IMG/VR virus record: IMGVR_UViG_2061766007_000275
Source: an uncultured virus (IMG/VR IMGVR_UViG_2061766007_000275)
Taxonomy: Duplodnaviria; Heunggongvirae; Uroviricota; Caudoviricetes
Reading direction: 5' to 3' (one strand)
Length of the DNA: 20,039 nt
Position numbers and translations under genes: made by a program. The notes under the pieces are model-generated. The model was not told the origin of the DNA, searched no databases, and saw nothing but the letters and a program-made list of their open reading frames with translations. Below, piece by piece: positions 1-9,086 of this stretch; positions within the stretch are counted from its first letter, which is position 1; the number at the start of each line of letters is the position of its first letter.

Positions 1-1
1 T

Positions 2-700
2 CTTTGTGAGAAATGGGTATGTGCCCAGAAGGGTGTAAGTACTATAGCTGATGCCGGTGCATATGGTGCTGGTTGGAATATTCTCAAAAGAGAGTTTGAA
101 GATATTGTAAGACAGATTACTCAGTTAGGATATGCTGTATTTTTTATCTCTCACGATAAGGATAAAGAATTTACTCGTAAAGATGGAACAAAGTATAATC
201 AGATCGTTCCCACCTGTCCTTCATCTTTTAATAATATTTGTAAGAATGCTGCAGATATCTATGGTTACGCAGAAAAGTATCAAGATGAAAATGGAACAGC
301 AAAGGTAAGATTAATCCTTAGATCTCCTGATGACTCAGTTGAAACTGGTTGCAGATTTAAGTATATTGAACCTATTATTGAAATGGGCTATGAACCATTA
401 AAGAAAGCAATCAATGATGCTATTGACAAAGAAGCTAAAGAGCATGACGGAAAATTCGTAACAGATGAAAGAGAAGCTATTACAACTCAAAAGACTTATG
501 ACTTTGAAGGATTAATTAATGAGTTCAACGAAATTACAATGGCTATGATGGATGAAGATCCTGCTTACTATCAGCCAAGAATAATTGATTTAGTAACAAG
601 AATTCTTGGGCCCGGAAAGAAAGTAAATGAAGCTACTATCCAACAGGTAGAATTAATAGCAGAGATTGTTGAATCTCTAAAAGATATGAAGAAGAAATAA
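2..700 (+). CDS. AAA-family ATPase (Sak4/YorG-like), 5'-truncated by the window edge
   Basis: The frame of track ORF 383..700 is open back to position 2: LCEKWVCAQKGVSTIADAGAYGAGWNILKREFEDIVRQITQLGYAVFFISHDKDKEF. The YGxGW and FISH motifs are typical of phage AAA_24/Sak4-like proteins. Walker A would lie upstream of the window. Confidence 0.75.
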   Translation, partial: LCEKWVCAQKGVSTIADAGAYGAGWNILKREFEDIVRQITQLGYAVFFISHDKDKEFTRKDGTKYNQIVPTCPSSFNNICKNAADIYGYAEKYQDENGTAKVRLILRSPDDSVETGCRFKYIEPIIEMGYEPLKKAINDAIDKEAKEHDGKFVTDEREAITTQKTYDFEGLINEFNEITMAMMDEDPAYYQPRIIDLVTRILGPGKKVNEATIQQVELIAEIVESLKDMKKK

Positions 701-704
701 TACT

Positions 705-740
705 TAAGGCACCTAGGTTCTAGGTGCCTTATTTGACTTT
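705..740 (+). terminator. Intrinsic terminator
   Basis: 12-bp stem TAAGGCACCTAG (705-716) / CTAGGTGCCTTA (720-731), GTT loop, followed by TTTGACTTT. Confidence 0.8.
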
Positions 741-761
741 ATAAAAAAATTTTGATATAAT
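733..761 (+). promoter_or_regulatory. SigA/sigma70-type promoter with extended -10
   Basis: TTGACT (733-738), 17-nt spacer, TG-n-TATAAT (756-761); RBS AAGGAG at about 780-785. Confidence 0.85.
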
Positions 762-791
762 TATTATATAAAGAATAAAAAGGAGTTTTGT

Positions 792-1310
792 ATGGCTAAG
801 GCGATAGTTAAATGTCTTTATTGCGGCGTGCAGTTTGATAGGCTCACAGAACCTTGTGTCAAAATAAAAACTCGTTATGCTCATGAACAATGTGCTAAAG
901 AGCATGAAGAGAAGATCCCGCAAGATAAAAAAGATGAAGAAGCTTTAAAGAATTATATCAAAGAAAGATTTAAAGAAAGTGCGAATTGGGCATTAATTAA
1001 CAAACAATTAAAAACTTATATCAGTTCAGGAGATTATACATATAAAGGAATATTAAAAACATTACAATATTGGTATGACTTAAAGCATAATGATATAAGC
1101 AAAGCCAAAGGCGGTTTAGGTATTATCCCATATGTATATGGTCAAGCACTGGATTATTATTATAACTTGTATTTAGCTCAACAAGTAAATGAAGGCAAAG
1201 ATATCTCAGTTATAACTCAATCAAAAGAAATAACAATCAGATATCCAGAAAGAAAAACTAAACCATTTAAACTACATAACTTGGAGGATATAGAAGAAGA
1301 TGAAGAGTAA
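792..1310 (+). CDS. YorH-like Zn-binding replication accessory protein (possible helicase loader)
   Basis: VKCLYCG...RYAHEQC Zn ligands, YKGI..TL.YWY and GLGIIPYVY motifs. Lies between the AAA ATPase and the helicase, as SPbeta yorH does. The loader function is inference. Confidence 0.65.
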   Translation: MAKAIVKCLYCGVQFDRLTEPCVKIKTRYAHEQCAKEHEEKIPQDKKDEEALKNYIKERFKESANWALINKQLKTYISSGDYTYKGILKTLQYWYDLKHNDISKAKGGLGIIPYVYGQALDYYYNLYLAQQVNEGKDISVITQSKEITIRYPERKTKPFKLHNLEDIEEDEE

Positions 1311-2820
1311 GTATACAGATTTAGTTTCAATTATTCAGGTATTAGGTGGCATTTATAGTAATCCACAGTTACTTGATAACACAGATAAATATCATCTTCT
1401 TGCAGATGACTTCCCGGAAGCTTTTCATAAAATAATATATGAAACTATTGATAATCTTCATATGTTAGGTGCAAAGCAGATCACACCTTCCGCAGTAGAA
1501 GATTATCTTGAGCAACGTCCTAAACAGTTAGCAATTTTTAAGGCAAACAAAGGAATTGAGTATCTACAAGAGTTACAAGATAAAAGTTTATTAGCTACTT
1601 TTGATTATTATTACAATAGAATGAAAAAGTTCACTCTATTGAGAATGTACGACAATTATGGTGTTGATGTAAAGTGGTTATATGACCCAGACAACATCTT
1701 AGATATAAAGAAGAAACAAGAACAAGAAGATTGGTTAGATAATATCGAACTTCAAAAGATAGCAGATATTATAGATGAAAGAATTGAAAGAGTTCGTATA
1801 ACTTATGCGGACAATGGTGCGGGAGAAGCAACCCAGGCAGGTGAAGGAGTTTTAGATCTACTTGAGTCATTAAAAGAAAATCCTGAAGTTGGCTATCCAT
1901 TGTTTGGAACTTACATTAACTCAATCTTCAGAGGTGCAAGATTAGGCAAGTTTTATCTTCGTTCTGCGGCAACTGGTGTTGGTAAGACACGTAGTATGAT
2001 TGCAGATGCTTGTACTATTGCTTGTGATAAGAGATATGACTCAAAGGAAGGAAAGTGGATTGATATTGGTAAAGGTCAACCCACAGCTTTCATTGCGACA
2101 GAGCAAGATTTATCTGAAGTACAGACTATGATGATTGCATTTTTATCTGATGTAAATGAGGAGCATATTTTGAATGGTGATTATTATGCGGGAGAGTGGG
2201 AGCGTGTAACGAGAGCTGCTAAGATCCTTAAGGACAGCCCGCTATATGTAGAGCAGTTGCCTGACTTCTCTCTACAAGATATAGAGAATACAATTAAAAG
2301 AAATATAAGAGAACATGGAATTCTTTATGTATTTCTTGATTATATACATACATCAATGAAAATATTAGAAGAGATTACAAGAAGAAGTGGCGGTGTCCGC
2401 CTAAGAGAAGACAATATCTTGTTTATGATGGCGATAAGATTAAAAGATATTTGTGTTCAATATGATGTCTTCATTATGTCGGCAACTCAGCTGAATGGTG
2501 ATTACACAGACACAGATAATTATGACCAGAATCTACTTCGTGGTGCAAAAGCTATCGCAGATAAGATCGATGCTGGTATGATTATGTTAGAGACTACCGC
2601 AAATGATATTGAATCTCTTAAGACTATTATTAATTCAGGTCTTCCAGTTCCGACAGTTAAAATTAGTGTATATAAGAATCGTAGAGGTCGTTGGAAGAAT
2701 ATTTGGTTATGGTGTGTAGAAGATAGAGGTACATGTAAGATAACTCCAGTGTTTGTAACAAAGATGAATTATGAATTAGTAGAGATACAAGATACACAAA
2801 TAAAATTTAAGGAAAAATAA
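1300..2820 (+). CDS. dnaB: Replicative DnaB-family helicase
   Basis: Walker A SAATGVGKT, Walker B VFLDYIH, SATQLN, RGAKAIADKID, KNRRGR. Confidence 0.92.
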   Translation: MKSKYTDLVSIIQVLGGIYSNPQLLDNTDKYHLLADDFPEAFHKIIYETIDNLHMLGAKQITPSAVEDYLEQRPKQLAIFKANKGIEYLQELQDKSLLATFDYYYNRMKKFTLLRMYDNYGVDVKWLYDPDNILDIKKKQEQEDWLDNIELQKIADIIDERIERVRITYADNGAGEATQAGEGVLDLLESLKENPEVGYPLFGTYINSIFRGARLGKFYLRSAATGVGKTRSMIADACTIACDKRYDSKEGKWIDIGKGQPTAFIATEQDLSEVQTMMIAFLSDVNEEHILNGDYYAGEWERVTRAAKILKDSPLYVEQLPDFSLQDIENTIKRNIREHGILYVFLDYIHTSMKILEEITRRSGGVRLREDNILFMMAIRLKDICVQYDVFIMSATQLNGDYTDTDNYDQNLLRGAKAIADKIDAGMIMLETTANDIESLKTIINSGLPVPTVKISVYKNRRGRWKNIWLWCVEDRGTCKITPVFVTKMNYELVEIQDTQIKFKEK

Positions 2821-2831
2821 TTATGATATTT

Positions 2832-2876
2832 GGACAAAGTTATACAATTTGCTAAAATTATTTTTTATATTAAGTA
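2832..2876 (+). promoter_or_regulatory. Putative phage-specific promoter motif GGNCAA-N28-KATAT (copy 1)
   Basis: GGACAA at 2832 and TATAT at 2866; the same 34-nt offset recurs at 7958, 8950 and 14628. Confidence 0.6.
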
Positions 2877-2903
2877 TAACAAAAAGAAGTAAGGAGAAAA
2901 AAT

Positions 2904-3827
2904 ATGAAAATAAAAGATATAACTGGACAGAGGTTCGGTAAATTAACTGTCCTTCAAGCAACAAACGAAAGAAAGAATAGGCAAGTTGTATGGCTTTGTA
3001 AATGCGATTGTGGCAATGAAGTTAAAGTTGTCGGTGGAAGTTTAAGAAGTGGACATACACAATCTTGTGGTTGTCAACGATCGGAAACTAAAACAGAAGA
3101 TTTAACAAATCAGCATTTTGGTAAATTAACTGTAATATCTAAATCAGATTATAAAACAAAAAATCGTAGTGTTTATTGGAATTGTCAATGTGAATGTGGC
3201 AATACTCGTATAGTTCAAGCATCTGATTTAAGAACAAATAAAATTACAGAATGCACTGAATGTACTAAAAAAAATCGTATTGCTGAAAAAGGCGGTATAG
3301 GACCTATAAAAGATTTATCCGGAAAAAGATTTGGTAAATTAATTGTCCAAAGACCTACTAAGTTAAGAGATAATAGTGGACATATTATTTGGGAATGTTT
3401 ATGTGATTGTGGTGAAACTTGTTATATTTCTTCTATTAAACTAGTAACAAATAATACAATGTCTTGTGGTTGTTTAAGACGCACTTCTCATTCTTTAGGA
3501 GAAACTAAAATTGCTCAAATTTTATCAGATAATAAAATTGAATATATTCCTCAGTATAGTTTTGATGATTGTAAAAGTCCTAAAAATAGTTTATTACGAT
3601 TTGATTTTGCCTTGATAAAAGACAATAAAGTAATTAAATTGATTGAATATGATGGAGAACAACATTTCCAACCTTATGACTTTTTCGGTGGAGAAGAAGG
3701 ATTTTTGTATTTAAAAGAAAAAGACAATATAAAAAATGAATATTGTAAACAACACAATATTCCATTATTAAGAATTTCTTATTTAGAATTAAAGGATATA
3801 ACTTTGGAGAAAATATTAAATGGATAA
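2904..3827 (+). CDS. Free-standing putative homing endonuclease: three Cys-rich repeats plus Vsr/DUF559-like nuclease domain
   Basis: Three D(I/L)xxxxFGKLxV...WxCxC(D/E)CG...Cx(1-2)C repeats; C-terminal RFDF...LIEYDGEQHF...KNEYCKQHNIPLLRI. RBS AAGGAG; the stop overlaps the primase start. Confidence 0.8.
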   Translation: MKIKDITGQRFGKLTVLQATNERKNRQVVWLCKCDCGNEVKVVGGSLRSGHTQSCGCQRSETKTEDLTNQHFGKLTVISKSDYKTKNRSVYWNCQCECGNTRIVQASDLRTNKITECTECTKKNRIAEKGGIGPIKDLSGKRFGKLIVQRPTKLRDNSGHIIWECLCDCGETCYISSIKLVTNNTMSCGCLRRTSHSLGETKIAQILSDNKIEYIPQYSFDDCKSPKNSLLRFDFALIKDNKVIKLIEYDGEQHFQPYDFFGGEEGFLYLKEKDNIKNEYCKQHNIPLLRISYLELKDITLEKILNG

Positions 3828-4911
3828 GGATGAATTAAAAACATTAATAACTGCAGATCAAATTTTTGATTTTCTAGCTGAACATGGTGGAGAACCAAAA
3901 TGGTCTGGAGATGAGGTAATTATTAGTAAGACAATATGTCATGGTGGAGACTCTCATAAATTGTATTATTATGATAATACAAAATTGTTCAAATGTTATA
4001 CAAATTGTGATAATCAAAATTCATTTGACATATACCAGCTTATGATGAAATATAAGGAAGTTAACACACATCTACAGTGGACACTTCCGCAAGCTATTAA
4101 GTATGTAGCAAATTATTTTGGGTTCTCTCTTGAAATAGATGACCAGTCATTTGGAGAAGTTCTTCCAGACTGGCAAGTATTTAAGAATTATGAGAAATTA
4201 GAAGACATCAAGAAGCCTGAGCAAAATATAACTTTTAAGAAGTTGAATCCGGATATATTAAAGTATTATCCTCGTCCTCATATCGAACCTTGGGAAAAAG
4301 ATAATATCCCATATGAAATAAGTAACGCTAGGGGAATTTGTTATGATCCTATTAATCATGGCATCATCATACCTCACTATGATGTTGACAATAATTTAAT
4401 AGGTATAAGAGAAAGAACTCTTATAAAAGCATATGAAGAAAATGGAAAATATAAGCCAGCCATTCTTGGAAAAACAATGTATAATCACCCGTTAGGCTTT
4501 AATCTTTACAATTTGAACAACAGCAAATGTAATATTTCAAAAATTAAAAAAGCGTTTTTATTTGAGGCTGAAAAAAGTACTTTGCAATATGCAAATTACT
4601 TTGGATTGGAAAATGATTTAAGTGTCGCAAGTTGCGGAAGCTCCCTGATATCGCATCAGGTTCAGTTACTATTGGATAATGGTTGTGAAGAATTGATTAT
4701 TGGATATGATAAACAATTTCAAAAGATTGGTGATGATGAATGGAAGGGCTGGACTAAGAAACTAAAAGCTATCCATACGAAATATGGAGCCCGCATCCGC
4801 ATTAGTTTTATGTTTGATACTAAAGGTTTATTAGGATATAAAGACTCACCTACTGACAGGGGAAAGGATGTGTTTATGCAACTATTTGAGGAAAGGATAT
4901 ATTTAGAATGA
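3820..4911 (+). CDS. dnaG: Phage DNA primase (DnaG/YorJ-like)
   Basis: N-terminal Zn finger ICHGGDSHKLYYY...FKCYTNC; IIIPHYD..GIRER; TOPRIM-like FEAEKS, IIGYD and KDSPTD; lies between the helicase and RecJ. Confidence 0.85.
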   Translation: MDKDELKTLITADQIFDFLAEHGGEPKWSGDEVIISKTICHGGDSHKLYYYDNTKLFKCYTNCDNQNSFDIYQLMMKYKEVNTHLQWTLPQAIKYVANYFGFSLEIDDQSFGEVLPDWQVFKNYEKLEDIKKPEQNITFKKLNPDILKYYPRPHIEPWEKDNIPYEISNARGICYDPINHGIIIPHYDVDNNLIGIRERTLIKAYEENGKYKPAILGKTMYNHPLGFNLYNLNNSKCNISKIKKAFLFEAEKSTLQYANYFGLENDLSVASCGSSLISHQVQLLLDNGCEELIIGYDKQFQKIGDDEWKGWTKKLKAIHTKYGARIRISFMFDTKGLLGYKDSPTDRGKDVFMQLFEERIYLE

Positions 4912-6707
4912 ATATACAATTAATAAATGAGCCGATAAAAAATTTTACTACAATAGAACAAATACTATATAATAGAGGAATAACAGATAAGAAAGATATG
5001 TATAATTATCTTAATACCACAGATGCAGATATAAATAAACCTGAACTTTTTGGTATAGATAAATTAGAAGAAGCTGTAAAAGCTTTAGCATGGACATTAA
5101 TTAATGAAGAAGAAATTTTAGTTATAGTTGATGCTGATTGTGATGGTTTTACATCAGCAGCTTGTCTAATAAATTTTTGTTATCATTATTTCCCATCTGG
5201 GACTAGTAATCATCTACATTGGTTTTTGCATGATGGTAAGCAACATGGATTACATGATTGTATAGATACAGCAATGCAATATGATTTAATTATTTGCCCA
5301 GATTCTGCAAGTAATGATATAGAAGAACATCAGCGTTTGAGAGAAGCTGGAAAAACAGTTATTGTACTAGACCACCATGATATTGAAGGAGACTTAAGTC
5401 AAGATGCAATAATAATTAACAATCAAGCTTCATATTATCCAAATAAATTTTTATCAGGAGTTGGAGTAACTTGGCAATTCTGTAGATATATGGAACAATA
5501 TTTTACAGGAGAAAATAACTACACTGATAAACTTCTTGATTTAGTTGCTCTTGGTAATACAGCTGATATGATGAGTTTAAAAGAAATAGAAACAAAACAT
5601 TTAATAAATAAAGGCTTTGAACCAGATAATGTTGTTAATCCTTTTATTTATGGAATGTGGTGTAAAAACTCTTATAAACTTGGTGATAAAATAACATCTT
5701 GGGGTGCTGCATTTTATATTGCGCCATTGGTTAATGCAATAGTAAGAAGTGGTAGTCAAGAGGAAAAAGAACTTGTATTTAAGTCAATGCTTACAATGTG
5801 TGCTAATGAACAAATACCTTCCACTAAAAGAGGACATAAGCCAGACGAAATGGAAACCATATTGGCAGCCGCATTGAGAACTTGTACTAATGTGAAGAAT
5901 CATCAAACAAAAGCAGAAAAAGCTGGACTTGAATTACTTGAGAAGAGAATTGAAGACGAGCATATGTTAGATCATAAAGTTTTATTATTCTTGATGGAAC
6001 CTGGGCAAATCCATCCTAATATTGCGGGATTGGTAGCTAATAGAATTATGGGTAAATATCAACGTCCTGTATGTATATTAACTAAACAAATAAATATACA
6101 ATTTAAAAATGGTGAATCTATAAATGTAACCTCAGGAACCTATGCGGGCTCCGCTCGTGGGTGTGATATAACTGGTATTACAGAATTCAAATCTATCTGC
6201 TATGAAACTGGAGTTATTGAATGGGCTGTAGGTCATGAAGGAGCTTTTGGTCTTTGTATAAAAGAAGAAAATATAGAAAAGTTCTTAGAAAAGACAGATG
6301 AAATCTTAGCACAATATCCAGATGAAGCTTGCTATCATGTAGATTATCTCTGGGAAGGAGATCATGCAGATGGACAAATAATTGAAGATATTGCGGGCTA
6401 TGGATTCCTCTGGGGTAAAGATATGCCAGAGTCTAAGGTTGGAATAAAGAATTTAAAGATAACTAAAGATAACATTAGTCTAAAGAGTGCTGATAAGAAT
6501 CCTACATTATGTATCACTTTACCTGAGTGTGAGATTATAAAGTTTGGATCTTCAAAGGAAGAATATGAATCACTTCGACAAGAAGATGGTTTCACAACTA
6601 TTAATCTTGTAGGAACTTGTGGTAAGAATGAATGGATGGGTACAGTCACTCCACAGATTATGTTAGAAGATTATGAGATCGTAAATAGTTCCAAGTATTA
6701 CTTTTGA
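4908..6707 (+). CDS. recJ: RecJ-like ssDNA exonuclease (DHH family)
   Basis: DADCDG, GKQHGL, VLDHH, LSGVGV, ALGNTADMM, GSARG and GHEGAFG motifs. Confidence 0.92.
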   Translation: MNIQLINEPIKNFTTIEQILYNRGITDKKDMYNYLNTTDADINKPELFGIDKLEEAVKALAWTLINEEEILVIVDADCDGFTSAACLINFCYHYFPSGTSNHLHWFLHDGKQHGLHDCIDTAMQYDLIICPDSASNDIEEHQRLREAGKTVIVLDHHDIEGDLSQDAIIINNQASYYPNKFLSGVGVTWQFCRYMEQYFTGENNYTDKLLDLVALGNTADMMSLKEIETKHLINKGFEPDNVVNPFIYGMWCKNSYKLGDKITSWGAAFYIAPLVNAIVRSGSQEEKELVFKSMLTMCANEQIPSTKRGHKPDEMETILAAALRTCTNVKNHQTKAEKAGLELLEKRIEDEHMLDHKVLLFLMEPGQIHPNIAGLVANRIMGKYQRPVCILTKQINIQFKNGESINVTSGTYAGSARGCDITGITEFKSICYETGVIEWAVGHEGAFGLCIKEENIEKFLEKTDEILAQYPDEACYHVDYLWEGDHADGQIIEDIAGYGFLWGKDMPESKVGIKNLKITKDNISLKSADKNPTLCITLPECEIIKFGSSKEEYESLRQEDGFTTINLVGTCGKNEWMGTVTPQIMLEDYEIVNSSKYYF

Positions 6708-6708
6708 T

Positions 6709-6737
6709 TTGATTTTTTATAAAAATTTTGTTATAAT
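6709..6737 (+). promoter_or_regulatory. SigA/sigma70-type promoter with extended -10
   Basis: TTGATT (6709-6714), 17-nt spacer, TG-n-TATAAT (6732-6737); RBS GAGGTG follows. Confidence 0.8.
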
Positions 6738-6764
6738 ATTTTTAGAAAATAAAAGAGGTGAATT

Positions 6765-7943
6765 ATGGAACTAAATGAAAAGCAAAAAGAAGGTTTACAA
6801 TTAGCGATTGCTCGTTATAAAAATGGAGAAAAATATACTGTTATCGCAGGATACGCTGGTACTGGTAAGACAACTCTAGTTCATCATATTATTCAAGAAT
6901 TAGGAATAGCAGATGGTTTTGTTTGCCACGCTGCATTTACAGGTAAGGCAGCAGAAGTTTTAAGAAATAAAGGAAACAAAAATTGTATAACACTGCACAA
7001 GTTATTGTTTGATTCTTTCCCTCTTCCTCGTGGTGGCTTTAAGCGTGTACCTAAGGTGAAGTTAGATTATAAAGTGGTGGTTGTAGATGAGGTGTCAATG
7101 GCACCCATTGAGTTGGTAAATAGGTTGCTGAGTCATGACGTATACGTTTTGTTTCTCGGCGACCCGTTCCAGCTTCCGCCAATAGATAAGAACTCAGATA
7201 ATCATCTTCTTGATAATCCGCATATTTTTCTTGATGAAATTATGAGACAGGAAGCTGAATCAGAAATTATTCAGCTTACAATGGCAATTCGAGAAGGTAA
7301 ACAAATAAATACCTTTGATGGCAAGGATGTAAAAATCTTTGAACAAGAGGATTTAAGCACTGGAATGATGGAATGGGCAGACCAAATTATATGTGCCACT
7401 AACCGCATGAGATTTGGTTTAAATAAACAAATGAGAGAGATTAAGGGATTTGAAGGAATATATCCCGTTGAAGGAGATAAACTTATCTGCCTTAGAAATT
7501 ATTGGGAGACAGGCTCAGAAATAAATGATGATCCAATAGTTAATGGTACTATTGGATATCTTGAAGGCGGGTATGACACTACGATTCAGTATCCTAGATT
7601 TATTGTGAGAAATCCTGTTCCTGTATTATGCGGGAACCTGAGGATTCCTGAACTCAATGATACTTATAAGGATTTAATCCTTGATAAAAAAATGATAGGA
7701 GAAGGTGCAAAGACTCTTGAAAGCTTAACTGAATATCAGATACACAAGAATCGTACGGCACCGCCTACGCCTATGGAATTTGCTTATGGATACGCAATAA
7801 CTTATTGGAAGGCGCAAGGCAGCGAATGGAATAAAATGTTAATGGTTGAAGAAGATTTCCCTTATGATAGAGAAACTCATGCTCGAGCTATGTATACAGC
7901 AGCGACTAGAGCTAGAGATAAACTTGTCTGGATTAAAAATTAA
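6765..7943 (+). CDS. RecD/Dda-like SF1B DNA helicase
   Basis: GYAGTGKTT, AFTGKAA, TLHKLL, VVDEVSM, LGDPFQLPP, IMRQ, YAITYWKAQGSEW, YTAATRA. Confidence 0.9.
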   Translation: MELNEKQKEGLQLAIARYKNGEKYTVIAGYAGTGKTTLVHHIIQELGIADGFVCHAAFTGKAAEVLRNKGNKNCITLHKLLFDSFPLPRGGFKRVPKVKLDYKVVVVDEVSMAPIELVNRLLSHDVYVLFLGDPFQLPPIDKNSDNHLLDNPHIFLDEIMRQEAESEIIQLTMAIREGKQINTFDGKDVKIFEQEDLSTGMMEWADQIICATNRMRFGLNKQMREIKGFEGIYPVEGDKLICLRNYWETGSEINDDPIVNGTIGYLEGGYDTTIQYPRFIVRNPVPVLCGNLRIPELNDTYKDLILDKKMIGEGAKTLESLTEYQIHKNRTAPPTPMEFAYGYAITYWKAQGSEWNKMLMVEEDFPYDRETHARAMYTAATRARDKLVWIKN

Positions 7944-7957
7944 TTTTGTTAATTACT

Positions 7958-8002
7958 GGTCAAAAAGTTATAATTTACTGTTCATAAAATTGATATATAA
8001 TA
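7958..8002 (+). promoter_or_regulatory. Putative phage-specific promoter motif (copy 2)
   Basis: GGTCAA at 7958 and GATATATAAT at 7992 (34-nt offset), upstream of RBS AAGGAG and the ATG at 8025. Confidence 0.6.
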
Positions 8003-8024
8003 TCAAAAAAAGGAGCATACAAAT

Positions 8025-8810
8025 ATGAGTAAACTAATTGATTTAACTGGACAAGATTTTGGTTTTTGGCATGTAATTGAAAGAGCTGAAAATACTAAAG
8101 AAGGTAGAGCGCAATGGTTATGTTTATGTACAAAATGTGGAAAAACTATTAAACCAGTTCAAGGCGCTCATTTAAGGAGTGGTAGAAGCACTGCTTGCAC
8201 TAATTGTAGACAGAAAAAGATGGTAGCAGCTACAATTAAAGATGAAACTGGAAAAACGTATGGATTTTTGAAAGTTATAAGACAAGCCACCGAAGAAGAA
8301 AAACCTAGACATGATAGAACCGGAATTTATTGGAATTGTACTTGTACTAAATGTGGTAGAGAAAATGTAATTGTATTTGGAGATTATTTAAGAAAAGGAG
8401 AAACACAAAGTTGTGGATGTATATCTAGTATCAATGAAAGTAAAATATGTCAAATGCTTGATAATATGAATATTAAATATAAACAGCAACAAAGTTTTGA
8501 TGATTTAAAATCAAAACAAAGTAACTCTTATAATAACAATTTATTTTTTGATATTGGAGTATATAATGAAGATATATTAATTTATTTAATAGAGTATGAT
8601 GGTATTCAACATTTTGAAAAAGGGCATTTTTATGATAGTTATACTAGAACCCATCCCAATGATTTATTAAAAAATGAGTATTGTTTTAAACATAATATAC
8701 CTTTAATTCGTATACCTTTTAATGTAGAATATACTCCAAATGATTTAAAACTTGAAACTACACGATTTTTATTAACAAAAGAAAAAGAAGAACAATATTA
8801 CGCAATTTAA
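8025..8810 (+). CDS. Free-standing putative homing endonuclease: two Cys-rich repeats plus Vsr/DUF559-like domain
   Basis: Repeats IDLTGQDFG...WLCLCTKCG...CTNC and KDETGKTYG...WNCTCTKCG...SCGC; C-terminal FFDI...LIEYDGIQHF...KNEYCFKHNIPLIRIP. Confidence 0.8.
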   Translation: MSKLIDLTGQDFGFWHVIERAENTKEGRAQWLCLCTKCGKTIKPVQGAHLRSGRSTACTNCRQKKMVAATIKDETGKTYGFLKVIRQATEEEKPRHDRTGIYWNCTCTKCGRENVIVFGDYLRKGETQSCGCISSINESKICQMLDNMNIKYKQQQSFDDLKSKQSNSYNNNLFFDIGVYNEDILIYLIEYDGIQHFEKGHFYDSYTRTHPNDLLKNEYCFKHNIPLIRIPFNVEYTPNDLKLETTRFLLTKEKEEQYYAI

Positions 8811-8817
8811 AAAAACT

Positions 8818-8852
8818 TGCGGAAGCTAGATGGCTTCCGCATTTGACTTTTT
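8818..8852 (+). terminator. Intrinsic terminator
   Basis: 9-bp stem TGCGGAAGC (8818-8826) / GCTTCCGCA (8833-8841), followed by TTTGACTTTTT. Confidence 0.75.
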
Positions 8853-8871
8853 ATAAAAATTTTGTTATAAT
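8843..8871 (+). promoter_or_regulatory. SigA/sigma70-type promoter of the dnaE locus
   Basis: TTGACT (8843-8848), 17-nt spacer, TG-n-TATAAT (8866-8871); RBS AAGGAG at 8891-8896. Confidence 0.85.
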
Positions 8872-8903
8872 ATATATAGAAAAATGAAAAAAGGAGAAAA
8901 AAG

Positions 8904-8972
8904 ATGTTAAGGTTTGAAACTCACTCACATACACATTATAGCAATATTAGGACAAAATTATTAAAAACATAG
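8904..8972 (+). pseudogene. Detached original 5' end of dnaE (22-aa mini-ORF, first strand of the PHP domain)
   Basis: Translates to MLRFETHSHTHYSNIRTKLLKT*. HxHTxYS is the PHP N-terminal metal-binding motif, and SNIR matches the start of the DnaE body at 10032. It has its own promoter and RBS. Missed by the ORF track. Confidence 0.85.
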
Positions 8973-8994
8973 ATTTAAAATTTTATATATTATA
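8950..8994 (+). promoter_or_regulatory. Putative phage-specific promoter motif (copy 3)
   Basis: GGACAA at 8950 and TATAT at 8984 (34-nt offset); begins exactly where similarity to dnaE stops. Confidence 0.6.
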
Positions 8995-9008
8995 GAAAAT
9001 ATAATATA

Positions 9009-9086
9009 NNNNNNNNNNNNNNNNNNNNNNNNNNNNNNNNNNNNNNNNNNNNNNNNNNNNNNNNNNNNNNNNNNNNNNNNNNNNNN
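9009..9086. other. Assembly gap (78 N)
   Basis: Run of n; should contain the RBS and start codon of the third endonuclease. Confidence 0.99.
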
